DNA of 64,000 bases from Beijerinckiaceae bacterium. GTDB lineage: Bacteria; Pseudomonadota; Alphaproteobacteria; Rhizobiales; Beijerinckiaceae. The notes below the pieces were generated by a model. It saw nothing but the letters and a program-made list of their open reading frames with translations, was not told the origin of the DNA and searched no databases. Shown here piece by piece: positions 28,705 to 37,744 of this stretch (positions within the stretch are counted from its first letter, which is position 1; each line of letters begins with the position of its first letter). Location of the stretch: contig JAPJMW010000109.1 of the NCBI GenBank assembly GCA_026461505.1, forward strand, positions 177 through 64,176, read 5' to 3'. A program made the translations under genes and the position numbers.

Positions 28705-29778
28705 ATGGCTCCCGTCACAATCCGTAAAATCCGTAAAGCCTATGGCGAAGTCGAAGTCATTCATGGCGTCGACCTAGATATTGATGATGGCTCATTCGTC
28801 GTCCTTCTCGGCCCTTCCGGCTGCGGAAAATCAACGCTGCTCCGCATGATTGCAGGGCTGGAAAGCGTCACCGCCGGCGACGTGATGATCGACGATCAAA
28901 TCGTTAATGATGTTCATCCGAAAGATCGAAACATCGCGATGGTGTTCCAAAACTATGCGCTCTACGCGCATATGAATGTTTTCGACAATATGGCGTTCTC
29001 CATGCAGCTCCGTAAATTGCCGAAGGACGAGATCAAAGCCAAAGTTACTTGGGCGGCATCCATTCTTAATCTGACGCCTTATCTTGAACGCTTCCCCCGG
29101 CAATTATCCGGCGGTCAGCGCCAGCGTGTGGCGATGGGACGAGCCATTGTTCGTGATCCGGCTGTGTTCTTGTTCGACGAGCCGTTATCAAATCTTGATG
29201 CCAAATTGCGCGTTCAAATGCGGACGGAAATCAAAGAGCTTCATGAACGTTTAAAAACCACAACGGTTTACGTCACGCATGATCAAATCGAAGCGATGAC
29301 GATGGCCGATAAGATCGTCATTTTGCGCGATGGTTTGATTGAACAGCAAGGCAGCCCGCTCGACGTTTATGATCGGCCTAACAATCTCTTCGTGGCAGAG
29401 TTCATCGGATCACCCACAATGAATATGTTACCCGCTCGCATTGAAGCAGCGGCAACAGGTGGCATGGGCGCACGGATTGCCAACGGCGATTTTATCGATC
29501 TAAGCCTCACCACCGGTATCTCAATCGGCCAAGAGGTGATTATCGGTATTCGCCCTGAGCACCTCAAGCTGTCATCGGAAAAGGGCATCAAGGCCACAAT
29601 CATAACGATCGAACCTACGGGGCCGGAAATTCATATTTACGCCGATATCGCAGGCAAGGAAGTTTGCGCCATTACGTCGGATCGCGTGTCGGTCGCGCGG
29701 GGTGATCAGATTACAGTTTCTCCATTAGCAGATCGTATCCACGTCTTTGATGCGCTCTCCGGCAATCGGGTTGGGTAA
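28705..29778 (+). CDS. CUT1-type ABC transporter ATPase (UgpC/MalK-like)
   Basis: Walker A GPSGCGKST, LSGGQRQR, Walker B FLFDEP and a C-terminal TOBE-like domain. Confidence 0.95.
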   Translation: MAPVTIRKIRKAYGEVEVIHGVDLDIDDGSFVVLLGPSGCGKSTLLRMIAGLESVTAGDVMIDDQIVNDVHPKDRNIAMVFQNYALYAHMNVFDNMAFSMQLRKLPKDEIKAKVTWAASILNLTPYLERFPRQLSGGQRQRVAMGRAIVRDPAVFLFDEPLSNLDAKLRVQMRTEIKELHERLKTTTVYVTHDQIEAMTMADKIVILRDGLIEQQGSPLDVYDRPNNLFVAEFIGSPTMNMLPARIEAAATGGMGARIANGDFIDLSLTTGISIGQEVIIGIRPEHLKLSSEKGIKATIITIEPTGPEIHIYADIAGKEVCAITSDRVSVARGDQITVSPLADRIHVFDALSGNRVG

Positions 29779-29802
29779 GGGTTTGAAGCGGGGTTAGAGC
29801 TT

Positions 29803-30855
29803 ATGGCACGGATTGTAATTCTGGGCGCTGGTGTGATGGGTTCGGCTATGGCCGTTCCATCGGCAGCCAAGTTGCATGATATTGATCTCATTGGCACGCA
29901 TCTCGATGATGCGATCATCCGTTCGGTGCAGGGCAATAGCGTTCATCCCAAGCTCAACATCAAACTGCCATCGCGGGTTAAGGCAAGCTTCTGGACCGAT
30001 CTTCCGGCGGTGGATATCAGCGATGCGGATCTGATTATCCTCGGCGTCTCATCGGCGGGTGTTCAATGGGCGATTGATCGGCTGGCTGAAACGCTTAAGC
30101 GGCCCGTGCCGGTGCTTATGATTACGAAAGGTTTATCGCCTCACCTGAAGGGCATCGATACACTCCCTCATCTGGTGTCGCGTCATTTAAGAGAACGCTT
30201 GCGCTTCGATGTTCCTGTGTTGGCCGTTGGAGGCCCGTGTATTGCAGGTGAACTCGCAGCCGAGCGGGATACCATGGTAGTGATAACGGGACACGATGAC
30301 GTCTTGCTTCATCGTGTCATAGGCCTGTTGGACGCTCCTTTTTACCATGCCCGAGCTTCGTCAGATGTCACTGGCGTTGAAATCTGTGCGGCGTTTAAGA
30401 ACTTTTTTGCCCTTGGTGTCGGTTGGGCGGCGGGCCATTTTGAGCAGGCCGATCCCGTGTCCAACAATGCCAAGATGTTTAATCTTGCCTCTGGCCTGTT
30501 TACTCAGTCAGTTCGTGAACTGCAGCTTTTGTCGGTGGCACTCGGCGGCACATCCAAAAGTGCGGAAGGGCTCCCGGGTGTTGGCGATCTCTATGTCACG
30601 AGCCTAGCAGGGCGAAATTCAAGGATGGGGCGTCTGCTTGGACTTGGTCATTCCTATGCCGATGCTAAAGTGCATCACATGCTCGGTGATACGGTTGAGG
30701 GAGCCGAACTTGCACTGGCGGTCGGGCCCACACTCGAAGCCATGTGGGCGGATGGTCGCTTAAATCCACAAGCCATGCCTTTGGCCCGCGCCATTGTTGA
30801 TGCCATATGCCATGGGGCAATTATGAAGATCGATTGGGCGAAGTTTATGCTATAA
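29803..30855 (+). CDS. NAD(P)H-dependent glycerol-3-phosphate-dehydrogenase-family protein (GpsA-like paralogue)
   Basis: Rossmann N-terminus RIVILGAGVMGSAMA, ..GGPCIAGELA.. and ..DVTGVEICAAFKNFFALGVG.. parallel the GpsA motifs. Confidence 0.75.
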   Translation: MARIVILGAGVMGSAMAVPSAAKLHDIDLIGTHLDDAIIRSVQGNSVHPKLNIKLPSRVKASFWTDLPAVDISDADLIILGVSSAGVQWAIDRLAETLKRPVPVLMITKGLSPHLKGIDTLPHLVSRHLRERLRFDVPVLAVGGPCIAGELAAERDTMVVITGHDDVLLHRVIGLLDAPFYHARASSDVTGVEICAAFKNFFALGVGWAAGHFEQADPVSNNAKMFNLASGLFTQSVRELQLLSVALGGTSKSAEGLPGVGDLYVTSLAGRNSRMGRLLGLGHSYADAKVHHMLGDTVEGAELALAVGPTLEAMWADGRLNPQAMPLARAIVDAICHGAIMKIDWAKFML

Positions 30856-30936
30856 GACCGAGATTCGCGTCGCGGTTTGACAGTTTAATATCGAATTTAG
30901 ATCTTTACCGAAAATGAGCATTATGGGTCCCAAGCC

Positions 30937-31917
30937 ATGCCAGTAAAGCCACAGGCCAATCGCTTTCGGCTTCTTGAGACCACTGAAACTCCAACCGATG
31001 AAGCCTTAATGGCCCGCGCTGCGTGGTCTTATTATGTCGAGGGGCTGACACAAAACGACATTGCACGAAAGCTTGGCATTAATCGCATCCGTGTTAACCG
31101 CATTCTGGCACAAGCTCTCGAGCGTGGCATCGTTCAGGTTCGGATCAATACCCAACTTTCGGTTGCCACGGAGGCTGCCCTTGCAAACCGATATGGATTG
31201 GATCAGGCTATCGTTGTCCCAACCCCATCCGATCCAAAGCTGATCCCTCATGCCATCGCGTCCGCCGCGGGAGCCTTGCTGTCGGATCGATTGCAAGATG
31301 GAATGTCAGTGGGTGTGGGTTGGGGAAGAACGCTCAGGCTATCCGTTCGTGCGATGGAACGGCGACCCATACGTGATTTTTCGGTTGTTTCGCTTTTGGG
31401 TGGTTTGACGCGTGGTTCCGTCATGAATACCTATGAAACAGCTTCGCGCCTTGCCGATATTTATGGCGCTGATTGTTTTTATATCGCCGCACCGGCTTAT
31501 GCCGATAGCGAAGCATCGGCAAAGGTTCTTCGGGCGCAATCGTCTGTGCAGGATGCGTTTGAGCGCGCGCGGCAGATCGATATTGCGTTTTTATCGGTTG
31601 GATCCCTAACCGATGATTCGACGATGCATCGACTAGGATTGATCAATGAAGGCGATATGGCGTCGCTGCAATCGGTTGGCGCCGTGGGTGATTTTTGTGC
31701 CCATCTGATTGATGCCAAAGGACAATTGGTCAATCACCCGGTTAATCGCAGCGTCTTAGCCCTTGGTATCGATGATTTAAGGCGGGTTCCGACGGTCATA
31801 TTGGCGTCGGGCGGGCGGGATAAATTGCAAGTTTTGCATGCCGCATTATCCCTGAAAACGGTATCAATTCTCATCACCGATGAAGACACCGCCGAGTCCT
31901 TGTTGGCCAATCCTTGA
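30937..31917 (+). CDS. SorC/DeoR-type sugar-binding transcriptional regulator
   Basis: N-terminal HTH ..YYVEGLTQNDIARKLGINRIRVNRIL.. plus a sugar-binding domain (..VGVGWGRT.., ..ILASGG..). Confidence 0.8.
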   Translation: MPVKPQANRFRLLETTETPTDEALMARAAWSYYVEGLTQNDIARKLGINRIRVNRILAQALERGIVQVRINTQLSVATEAALANRYGLDQAIVVPTPSDPKLIPHAIASAAGALLSDRLQDGMSVGVGWGRTLRLSVRAMERRPIRDFSVVSLLGGLTRGSVMNTYETASRLADIYGADCFYIAAPAYADSEASAKVLRAQSSVQDAFERARQIDIAFLSVGSLTDDSTMHRLGLINEGDMASLQSVGAVGDFCAHLIDAKGQLVNHPVNRSVLALGIDDLRRVPTVILASGGRDKLQVLHAALSLKTVSILITDEDTAESLLANP

Positions 31918-31996
31918 TAAAGAAGGCCTGATACCCTGTGGAATTTCGTTTCGGGTTATGAAAGCCAACATTCGAGATGAAACAAAAGACATAGTT

Positions 31997-32827
31997 TTAT
32001 TTATGAAGCCCCATAGCTAAGCCTCTGATCAGGTGTTTTTGCATCGCCAAGATAAAGGCAAATCCCGGCAGCATGGCCGCCGTTCCAAGCGCTGCGAGAG
32101 GGCCCCACATGCCCATGGCTAAAATACTGAGCAGAACCGGAAGAGTACGAAACGAGACAGATAGAAAAAGCGACATGAGGAATTCAGTCCATGAGAAAAT
32201 GAAGCAAAGTATACCGGTGGCTGCCACCCCTCCTCGGATCATGGGTACCGCAATTCGCGTTATGAATTGAAAAACAGTCGCCCCGTCAAGCCTTGAAGCC
32301 TCATCCAGTTCTTTGGGCAGATCGTCAAAAAAAGACATCAGCATCAGCGTTGCTACAGGCAAGGTGAAGACGGTGTGCATTAAAGCCACACCGATCCGCG
32401 TGTCGAACAAGCCGGTACTATGGAAAAGAGAGACCACGGGAATGATCACCGCAATCGGCGGAATTATTCGAAAAAAGATAAAGAGCATTGCACCTGTTGT
32501 CCGCGCGCGGCCCCTCAATCGCGATAGGGCAAAGCCTGCAAAGACAGCGAGCGGTATGGTCAAAAATGTAACGAGCAAAGCGATGAGGGTTGAATCAATG
32601 AACGCCTGCCTAGCCGAAAGTGCATCAGGACCATGGCCGCCTAGTATTATTTTATAATTGTCCAGCGTTGCGACAAAGTCGAAGAATACGGACCTATCTT
32701 TGTCAAAGATCGCAGAATTTGGTTTTATCGATGTGAGAGCCCACCATAAAAAGGGAGCCATAAAAAGGCCGGTTACAGTCCAGGCTGTTACATCGCGAAT
32801 AAAACCACGGGTGATACTTTTTATCAT
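31997..32827 (-). CDS. Orphan CUT1-type ABC permease (MalG/UgpE-like), paralogue of 22473-23381
   Basis: It shares blocks with the other permease (..WWALTSIKP.., ..LMKSFFDD.P+..DEA...DGAT.., ..CFIFSWTEFL.SLFL..). It has no partner permease, SBP or ATPase gene on its strand. Confidence 0.85.
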   Translation of the reverse strand: MIKSITRGFIRDVTAWTVTGLFMAPFLWWALTSIKPNSAIFDKDRSVFFDFVATLDNYKIILGGHGPDALSARQAFIDSTLIALLVTFLTIPLAVFAGFALSRLRGRARTTGAMLFIFFRIIPPIAVIIPVVSLFHSTGLFDTRIGVALMHTVFTLPVATLMLMSFFDDLPKELDEASRLDGATVFQFITRIAVPMIRGGVAATGILCFIFSWTEFLMSLFLSVSFRTLPVLLSILAMGMWGPLAALGTAAMLPGFAFILAMQKHLIRGLAMGLHK

Positions 32828-32942
32828 GAACCCAACATATTGCTTTGAAACGACGTTTTTCGCCGATGAACCGTCTCTTTAACTTTACATATCACGAAAG
32901 GTCGCGATAGTTTTCGAAAAGAAGAAAAGAAAGGTTTAGACG

Positions 32943-33968
32943 ATGGAAGCGTTATTTCTGCACAAGGCATTTGATGCACGGGTGGCACCCTTCAATTTGC
33001 GCGGACGCCATGAAGGCGAGCATCTGATCAAAGTTGCAGCAGTAGGACTTTGCGGCAGTGATCTTCACTACTACAAAGATGGGGGAATTGGAGCTGCAAA
33101 GATAACCCGCCCCTTTGTACTCGGCCATGAGTTTGCGGGCTGGGTTGAAGAGGACCTTCCGGCGCTTGGCTTAAAGCGCGGCTCATTGGTTGCCGTTGAT
33201 CCCAACAAAGCGTGTGGACAATGTCCTCATTGCGAAGCGGGATTTGAAAATTTATGCCCGAAGGTTGAGTTTATCGGAGCCCCGCCGTTTGACGGTGCCA
33301 TGACCGGCCATCTCTGGGTACCTGAATCGCAAATTGTTTGCATACCAGAGGGCATGTCGGCCGTTGAGGCAGTTATGCTCGAGCCCTTGGGGGTTGCTAT
33401 CCATGCGGTTGATCTGGCAAAGCCGCGCTTGCTTGAAACAATTATTCTGCTGGGTTGCGGGCCGGTTGGTTTGTTGATCCTCGAGGTTTTGAAAGCCAGC
33501 GGAGCAGGCGATATTTTTGTGGTTGAGCCGCTCGAGCACCGTCGCGCAATGGCGCTGAAGCTCGGTGCCCGTAACGCTTCGGCCAGCCTCCACGAGGCGG
33601 TCGCTTGGACCGGCACATCGGGGGCGCCTCTTGTTATTGAAGCTACCAATTCAGCAGACGGAATGCGGGATGCCGTTCTTGCGGCGCGGATCGGCGGCCG
33701 TGTGGTGCTGGTCGGTATTCCGGATGGCGATATCTACACGCTGCCCGCTGCGGAAGCGCGGCGGCGGGGCTTGAAAATCAAATTTTCGCGACGCATGGGT
33801 CATGTCTATCCACGCGCCATCGAACTCGTTTCGCGAGGCTTGGTTGATGTTAAATCGATGATTAGCCATCGTTTCGAACTAAAGGATGCACCGCGTGCGT
33901 TTCAATTGCACGCCGATAATGCACCCGGCATGATCAAGAGCATGATTTTTCCGAATGGTCGTGAATAG
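32943..33968 (+). CDS. Zn-dependent MDR alcohol/polyol dehydrogenase (sorbitol-DH or 2,3-butanediol-DH type)
   Basis: ..GLCGSDLHYY.., ..GHEFAG.., structural-Zn cysteines ..CGQCPHCEAGFENLC.. and Rossmann ..LLGCGPVG.. Confidence 0.85.
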   Translation: MEALFLHKAFDARVAPFNLRGRHEGEHLIKVAAVGLCGSDLHYYKDGGIGAAKITRPFVLGHEFAGWVEEDLPALGLKRGSLVAVDPNKACGQCPHCEAGFENLCPKVEFIGAPPFDGAMTGHLWVPESQIVCIPEGMSAVEAVMLEPLGVAIHAVDLAKPRLLETIILLGCGPVGLLILEVLKASGAGDIFVVEPLEHRRAMALKLGARNASASLHEAVAWTGTSGAPLVIEATNSADGMRDAVLAARIGGRVVLVGIPDGDIYTLPAAEARRRGLKIKFSRRMGHVYPRAIELVSRGLVDVKSMISHRFELKDAPRAFQLHADNAPGMIKSMIFPNGRE

Positions 33969-34052
33969 GCCGACGGATCGCTTGTTATAAAATCTACATC
34001 GCTCCGGTTTGATAGGGGATGATGACAGCAATAATCGTATAGGGGGGATGAC

Positions 34053-35552
34053 ATGAAGGCGACATTTCTTGGACTTGATATCGGCACCTCGTCCATCAAG
34101 GCATTGCTGATTGATGAACAACAAACGGTTGTTGCCGAGGCCTCCGTTGCGGTTTCAATTTCCCGACCGCACCCCCTTTGGTCCGAACAAGATCCGGATG
34201 AATGGTGGCAGGCTTGCCTCACCGCTATTGCGCAGGTGGGTCAGTCCGCTCCTGAAGCCTTTGCGGCGCTGCATGGCATTGGTCTGTCAGGCCAGCAACA
34301 TGGTGCCGTCCTTCTTGATGGCGAGGGCAAGGTTTTGCGTCCGGCCATTTTGTGGAATGACGGGCGGTGTGGCCGCGAGGCTGAAGAATTGCAAGCCAGC
34401 CTTCCTGATTTCATAGCGCTGGCTTCAAATATCGCGATGGTCGGCTTTACTGCCCCTAAAGTTTTATGGGTGCGCCGCCATGAGCCGGAAGTGTTCAAGA
34501 AAACGCGAAAAATTCTTTTGCCGAAAGATTATATTCGGTTCCGGCTTTCCGGTGCCTATATCGCCGAAATGTCTGATGCAGGTGGCACGCTTTGGCATGA
34601 TATTGCGGGCCGTCAATGGGATGATACCCTGCTTGCCGCCGGCGGTATTGACCGATCCTATGTGGGTGACCTTGTTGAGGGCTCGGCGGCATCCGCCATG
34701 TTTAGCGATGAACTGTCAAACGCATGGGGGCTTGCGAAAAACGCGGTAGTGATTGCCGGTGGTGCCGGAGACAATGCCGCGGCGGCTGTGGGAATTGGAG
34801 CGGTTAAAGGCGGCCAAGGGCTGCTCTCGATGGGGACATCCGGAGTATTGTTTGCGGTAACGGATCGCCTTTTAACCAAACCTGACCGGGCGTTGAATGC
34901 GATGTGCCATGCACTGCCCGGCCGATGGCATGTGATGGGCGTCACTTTATCAGCCGCGTCGGCATTGTCGTGGTTTGCCGATGTGATAGGCAAGGGAGAT
35001 AAGGTTGGCGAACTCATTGCCGAAGTGGAGGCCTTTGCTGCCAATCCGGCTGAGTTGAGCAATGCGCCTGTTTTTGTGCCCTATCTGACGGGCGAGCGAA
35101 CGCCCCATAATGATCCCGAAGCGAATGGCATCTTCTCAGGCTTAAGAGCTCAGCACAGCCACGCCGCAATGGCCTATGCGGTAATGGAGGGCGTCGCTTT
35201 TTGCTTTGCTGATGATTTCGATGTTCTGGCCGATTCGGGCGCGGAGCTTACAAGCTGCTTTTGGGTGGGCGGCGGAGCGCGTAGCCGGTTTTGGGGGCAA
35301 ATGCTGTCTGACGTTATTCAATTCCCCCTCGACCTTCCTGCAGGCGCCGAGACGGGCGCGGCATTGGGTGCCGCGCGTCTTGGCATGCTAGCAGCAGGCG
35401 CAGGAACGGAAGCTGAAATTTGTTTCAAGCCGGATATTAAGCTTCGATATCAACCTGATGCAGCAAAAAAGTCAATCTATCAACCAAGGCTAAATCGGTT
35501 CAGGGCGATGTATGAGGCCGAGCGGCACGTGCGCGCCATGGCGATAAAATAA
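34053..35552 (+). CDS. xylB: Xylulokinase-like FGGY kinase (paralogue 2)
   Basis: ..FLGLDIGTSSIKALL.., ..SGQQHG.., ..PYLTGERTPHNDP.. and ..VGGGARSRFWGQMLSD.. are XylB-like. Confidence 0.75.
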   Translation: MKATFLGLDIGTSSIKALLIDEQQTVVAEASVAVSISRPHPLWSEQDPDEWWQACLTAIAQVGQSAPEAFAALHGIGLSGQQHGAVLLDGEGKVLRPAILWNDGRCGREAEELQASLPDFIALASNIAMVGFTAPKVLWVRRHEPEVFKKTRKILLPKDYIRFRLSGAYIAEMSDAGGTLWHDIAGRQWDDTLLAAGGIDRSYVGDLVEGSAASAMFSDELSNAWGLAKNAVVIAGGAGDNAAAAVGIGAVKGGQGLLSMGTSGVLFAVTDRLLTKPDRALNAMCHALPGRWHVMGVTLSAASALSWFADVIGKGDKVGELIAEVEAFAANPAELSNAPVFVPYLTGERTPHNDPEANGIFSGLRAQHSHAAMAYAVMEGVAFCFADDFDVLADSGAELTSCFWVGGGARSRFWGQMLSDVIQFPLDLPAGAETGAALGAARLGMLAAGAGTEAEICFKPDIKLRYQPDAAKKSIYQPRLNRFRAMYEAERHVRAMAIK

Positions 35553-35595
35553 GGTATTCGACACACTCTTCTTTAGCGGGTGATATTTGACTATG

Positions 35596-35654
35596 AACTT
35601 TTGTTCCGATACCCTACAAAAGTTATTTAAAACATCACTGGGTAAAAAAATGCC
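35596..35654 (+). promoter_or_regulatory. Candidate enhancer-type inverted repeat plus sigma54-like -24/-12 element upstream of acoA
   Basis: AACTTTTGT (35596-35604), an 11-nt spacer, then ACAAAAGTT (35616-35624). TGGGTA-N5-ATGC follows at 35639-35654 with canonical GG/GC spacing. Aco operons are classically sigma54/AcoR dependent. Confidence 0.3.
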
Positions 35655-35721
35655 CGCTAAATTTCTGGTTCAACGGCAGGCCTAGTCAGGGCCTGTCGGA
35701 TTGGGTCAGGTGGAGTTTGCT

Positions 35722-36729
35722 GTGTCATCTTCCGTTGAAGCGTTAAGGCCCAATCAACGCCCTGAACTAGCCAACCTTTCAGACGATACAATCCTTGAAA
35801 GTTACCGAGCGATGAAGCTGATCCGCCGCTTTGAGGAGCGTGCGGAAGAAAGCTACATGCGTGGGTTTATCCACGGCACCATGCATCTTTCGATCGGGCA
35901 GGAAGCCAGCGCGGTTGGCGTTGTAGTGGCTTTGCGTGCATCAGATACTCTAACCTCGACGCATCGCGGCCACGGACACTCAATTGCGAAGGGAGCTGAT
36001 CCTGCCCTTATGTTTGCTGAATTCTTTGGTAAGCAGACCGGCTATTGCGGTGGACGCGGCGGCTCCATGCATATCGCGGATGTTGAATCAGGTAATCTGG
36101 GCGCAAATGGCATTGTGGGTGGCGGGCTTCCGATTGCCGTCGGGGCCGCTCTGTCCGCAAAAATGCGCAAGAGTGACCAGGTGTGTGTTTGCTTTTTCGG
36201 TGACGGCGCTTCGAATGAAGGGGCGTTTCACGAGGCGCTAAATATGGCGTCCATTTGGCGCCTGCCCGTCGTGTTTGTTTGTGAAAATAACAAATACGGC
36301 ATGTCGATGGATATTGCTCGTTCAAGTGCTGTTCCAGATATTGCGCAGCGCGCTGTTTCCTATGCCATGCCCGGCATTAGCGTGGATGGTAATGATGTTG
36401 CGGCCGTCAGAGCCGTTGCGGAAACGGCTATTGCCCGCGCGCGCGCGGGCGAAGGTCCTTCGCTGATCGAATGCAAGACCTATCGTATTCGGGGCCACTC
36501 AAAAAGCGATCGCAATTTCTATCGGACCAAAGAAGAAATTGAGGAATGGCGTGGCCGTTGTCCGATTGAACGGTTACGCAATGAAGTTTTGGGTCTTGGT
36601 AGACTGAGCGCTGATCGCTTCGATGCGATTGATGCCGCTATTGAAGTGGAGATGGAGGTGGCGATTGAATTTGCCAAGGCAAGTCCCAATCCAGACCCCG
36701 CTCGCCTGACGGAGGATGTCTATGCTTGA
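35722..36729 (+). CDS. acoA: TPP-dependent dehydrogenase E1 alpha subunit (acetoin-dehydrogenase type)
   Basis: ..[18 protein letters not shown].. and the TPP-binding ..[17 protein letters not shown].. motif. The start is uncertain (GTG 35722 behind GGTGGAG, or TTG 35701). Confidence 0.85.
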   Translation: MSSSVEALRPNQRPELANLSDDTILESYRAMKLIRRFEERAEESYMRGFIHGTMHLSIGQEASAVGVVVALRASDTLTSTHRGHGHSIAKGADPALMFAEFFGKQTGYCGGRGGSMHIADVESGNLGANGIVGGGLPIAVGAALSAKMRKSDQVCVCFFGDGASNEGAFHEALNMASIWRLPVVFVCENNKYGMSMDIARSSAVPDIAQRAVSYAMPGISVDGNDVAAVRAVAETAIARARAGEGPSLIECKTYRIRGHSKSDRNFYRTKEEIEEWRGRCPIERLRNEVLGLGRLSADRFDAIDAAIEVEMEVAIEFAKASPNPDPARLTEDVYA

Positions 36730-37744
36730 TAAGCCCAAGGACATGATCAATCAGGTTCGCGAATTAACCTATGCCGAAGCCATTCGTGAAGCGATGGGGC
36801 AGGCAATGGAAGCCGACCCTACTGTTTTTATCCTTGGCGAAGATATCGGAACCTATGGCGGCGCCTTTGGCGTGACCGGCGATTTGATTCATCGCTTCGG
36901 TGCCGAGCGTGTGATTGATACGCCGATTGCAGAGCTTGGCATTGCAGGTGCCGCCGTTGGTGCCGCGCTGACCGGCATGCGGCCTATTCTTGAATTGCAA
37001 TTCTCAGACTTTGTAACGCTTGCCGCCGAGCAGATTGTCAATCAGGCCGCCAAGATCCGCTTTATGTTTGGCGGCAAAGCGAGTGTGCCTCTTGTGGTCA
37101 GAATGCCGTCGGGATCGGGGACTGGCGCTGCGGCACAACATAGCCAAAGTCTTGAAGCATGGTTTGGTCATATTCCGGGGTTGAAAGTGGTGCAGCCGTC
37201 AACACCGTATGATGCCAAAGGTCTTTTGCTTGCAGCCATCGATGACCCCAACCCCGTTTTGTTTTTCGAGCATAAATTACTCTATAAAATGAAAGGTGCG
37301 GTGCCGATTGAGCCTTATCGTATCACGATTGGGCAGGCTGTTGTTCGACGGGCGGGAACCGATGTCACCATTGTGGGAACCTCCATTATGGCGGTGCGTG
37401 CCTTGGCTGCAGCAGAACAATTGGCCGCGCAGGGCATTGAAGCGGAAGTTATCGACCTTCGCAGCATTCGCCCAATGGATACCGAAACAATTTTCCGTAG
37501 TGTGCGAAAAACGTCTCGGCTGATCGTCGTATATGAAGGCGTGAAGACGCTTGGTGTCGGAGCTGAAATCAGCGCTGCGGTTGCAGAGAGTGATGCTTTT
37601 GATTTTCTGGACGCGCCGATCATGCGGCTTGGCGGGCAGGAAGTACCGCTGCCCTACAACCCGGTTTTGGAAAAAGCAGCTGTACCGCAGGAAGACGATA
37701 TCGTCGCGGCGGCCCTCAATTTGCTGCGTAAGGATCGTCGCTAA
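36716..37744 (+). CDS. acoB: E1 beta subunit (acetoin-dehydrogenase type)
   Basis: ..[33 protein letters not shown].. is a typical transketolase-like E1 beta. It overlaps acoA. Confidence 0.9.
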   Translation: MSMLDKPKDMINQVRELTYAEAIREAMGQAMEADPTVFILGEDIGTYGGAFGVTGDLIHRFGAERVIDTPIAELGIAGAAVGAALTGMRPILELQFSDFVTLAAEQIVNQAAKIRFMFGGKASVPLVVRMPSGSGTGAAAQHSQSLEAWFGHIPGLKVVQPSTPYDAKGLLLAAIDDPNPVLFFEHKLLYKMKGAVPIEPYRITIGQAVVRRAGTDVTIVGTSIMAVRALAAAEQLAAQGIEAEVIDLRSIRPMDTETIFRSVRKTSRLIVVYEGVKTLGVGAEISAAVAESDAFDFLDAPIMRLGGQEVPLPYNPVLEKAAVPQEDDIVAAALNLLRKDRR

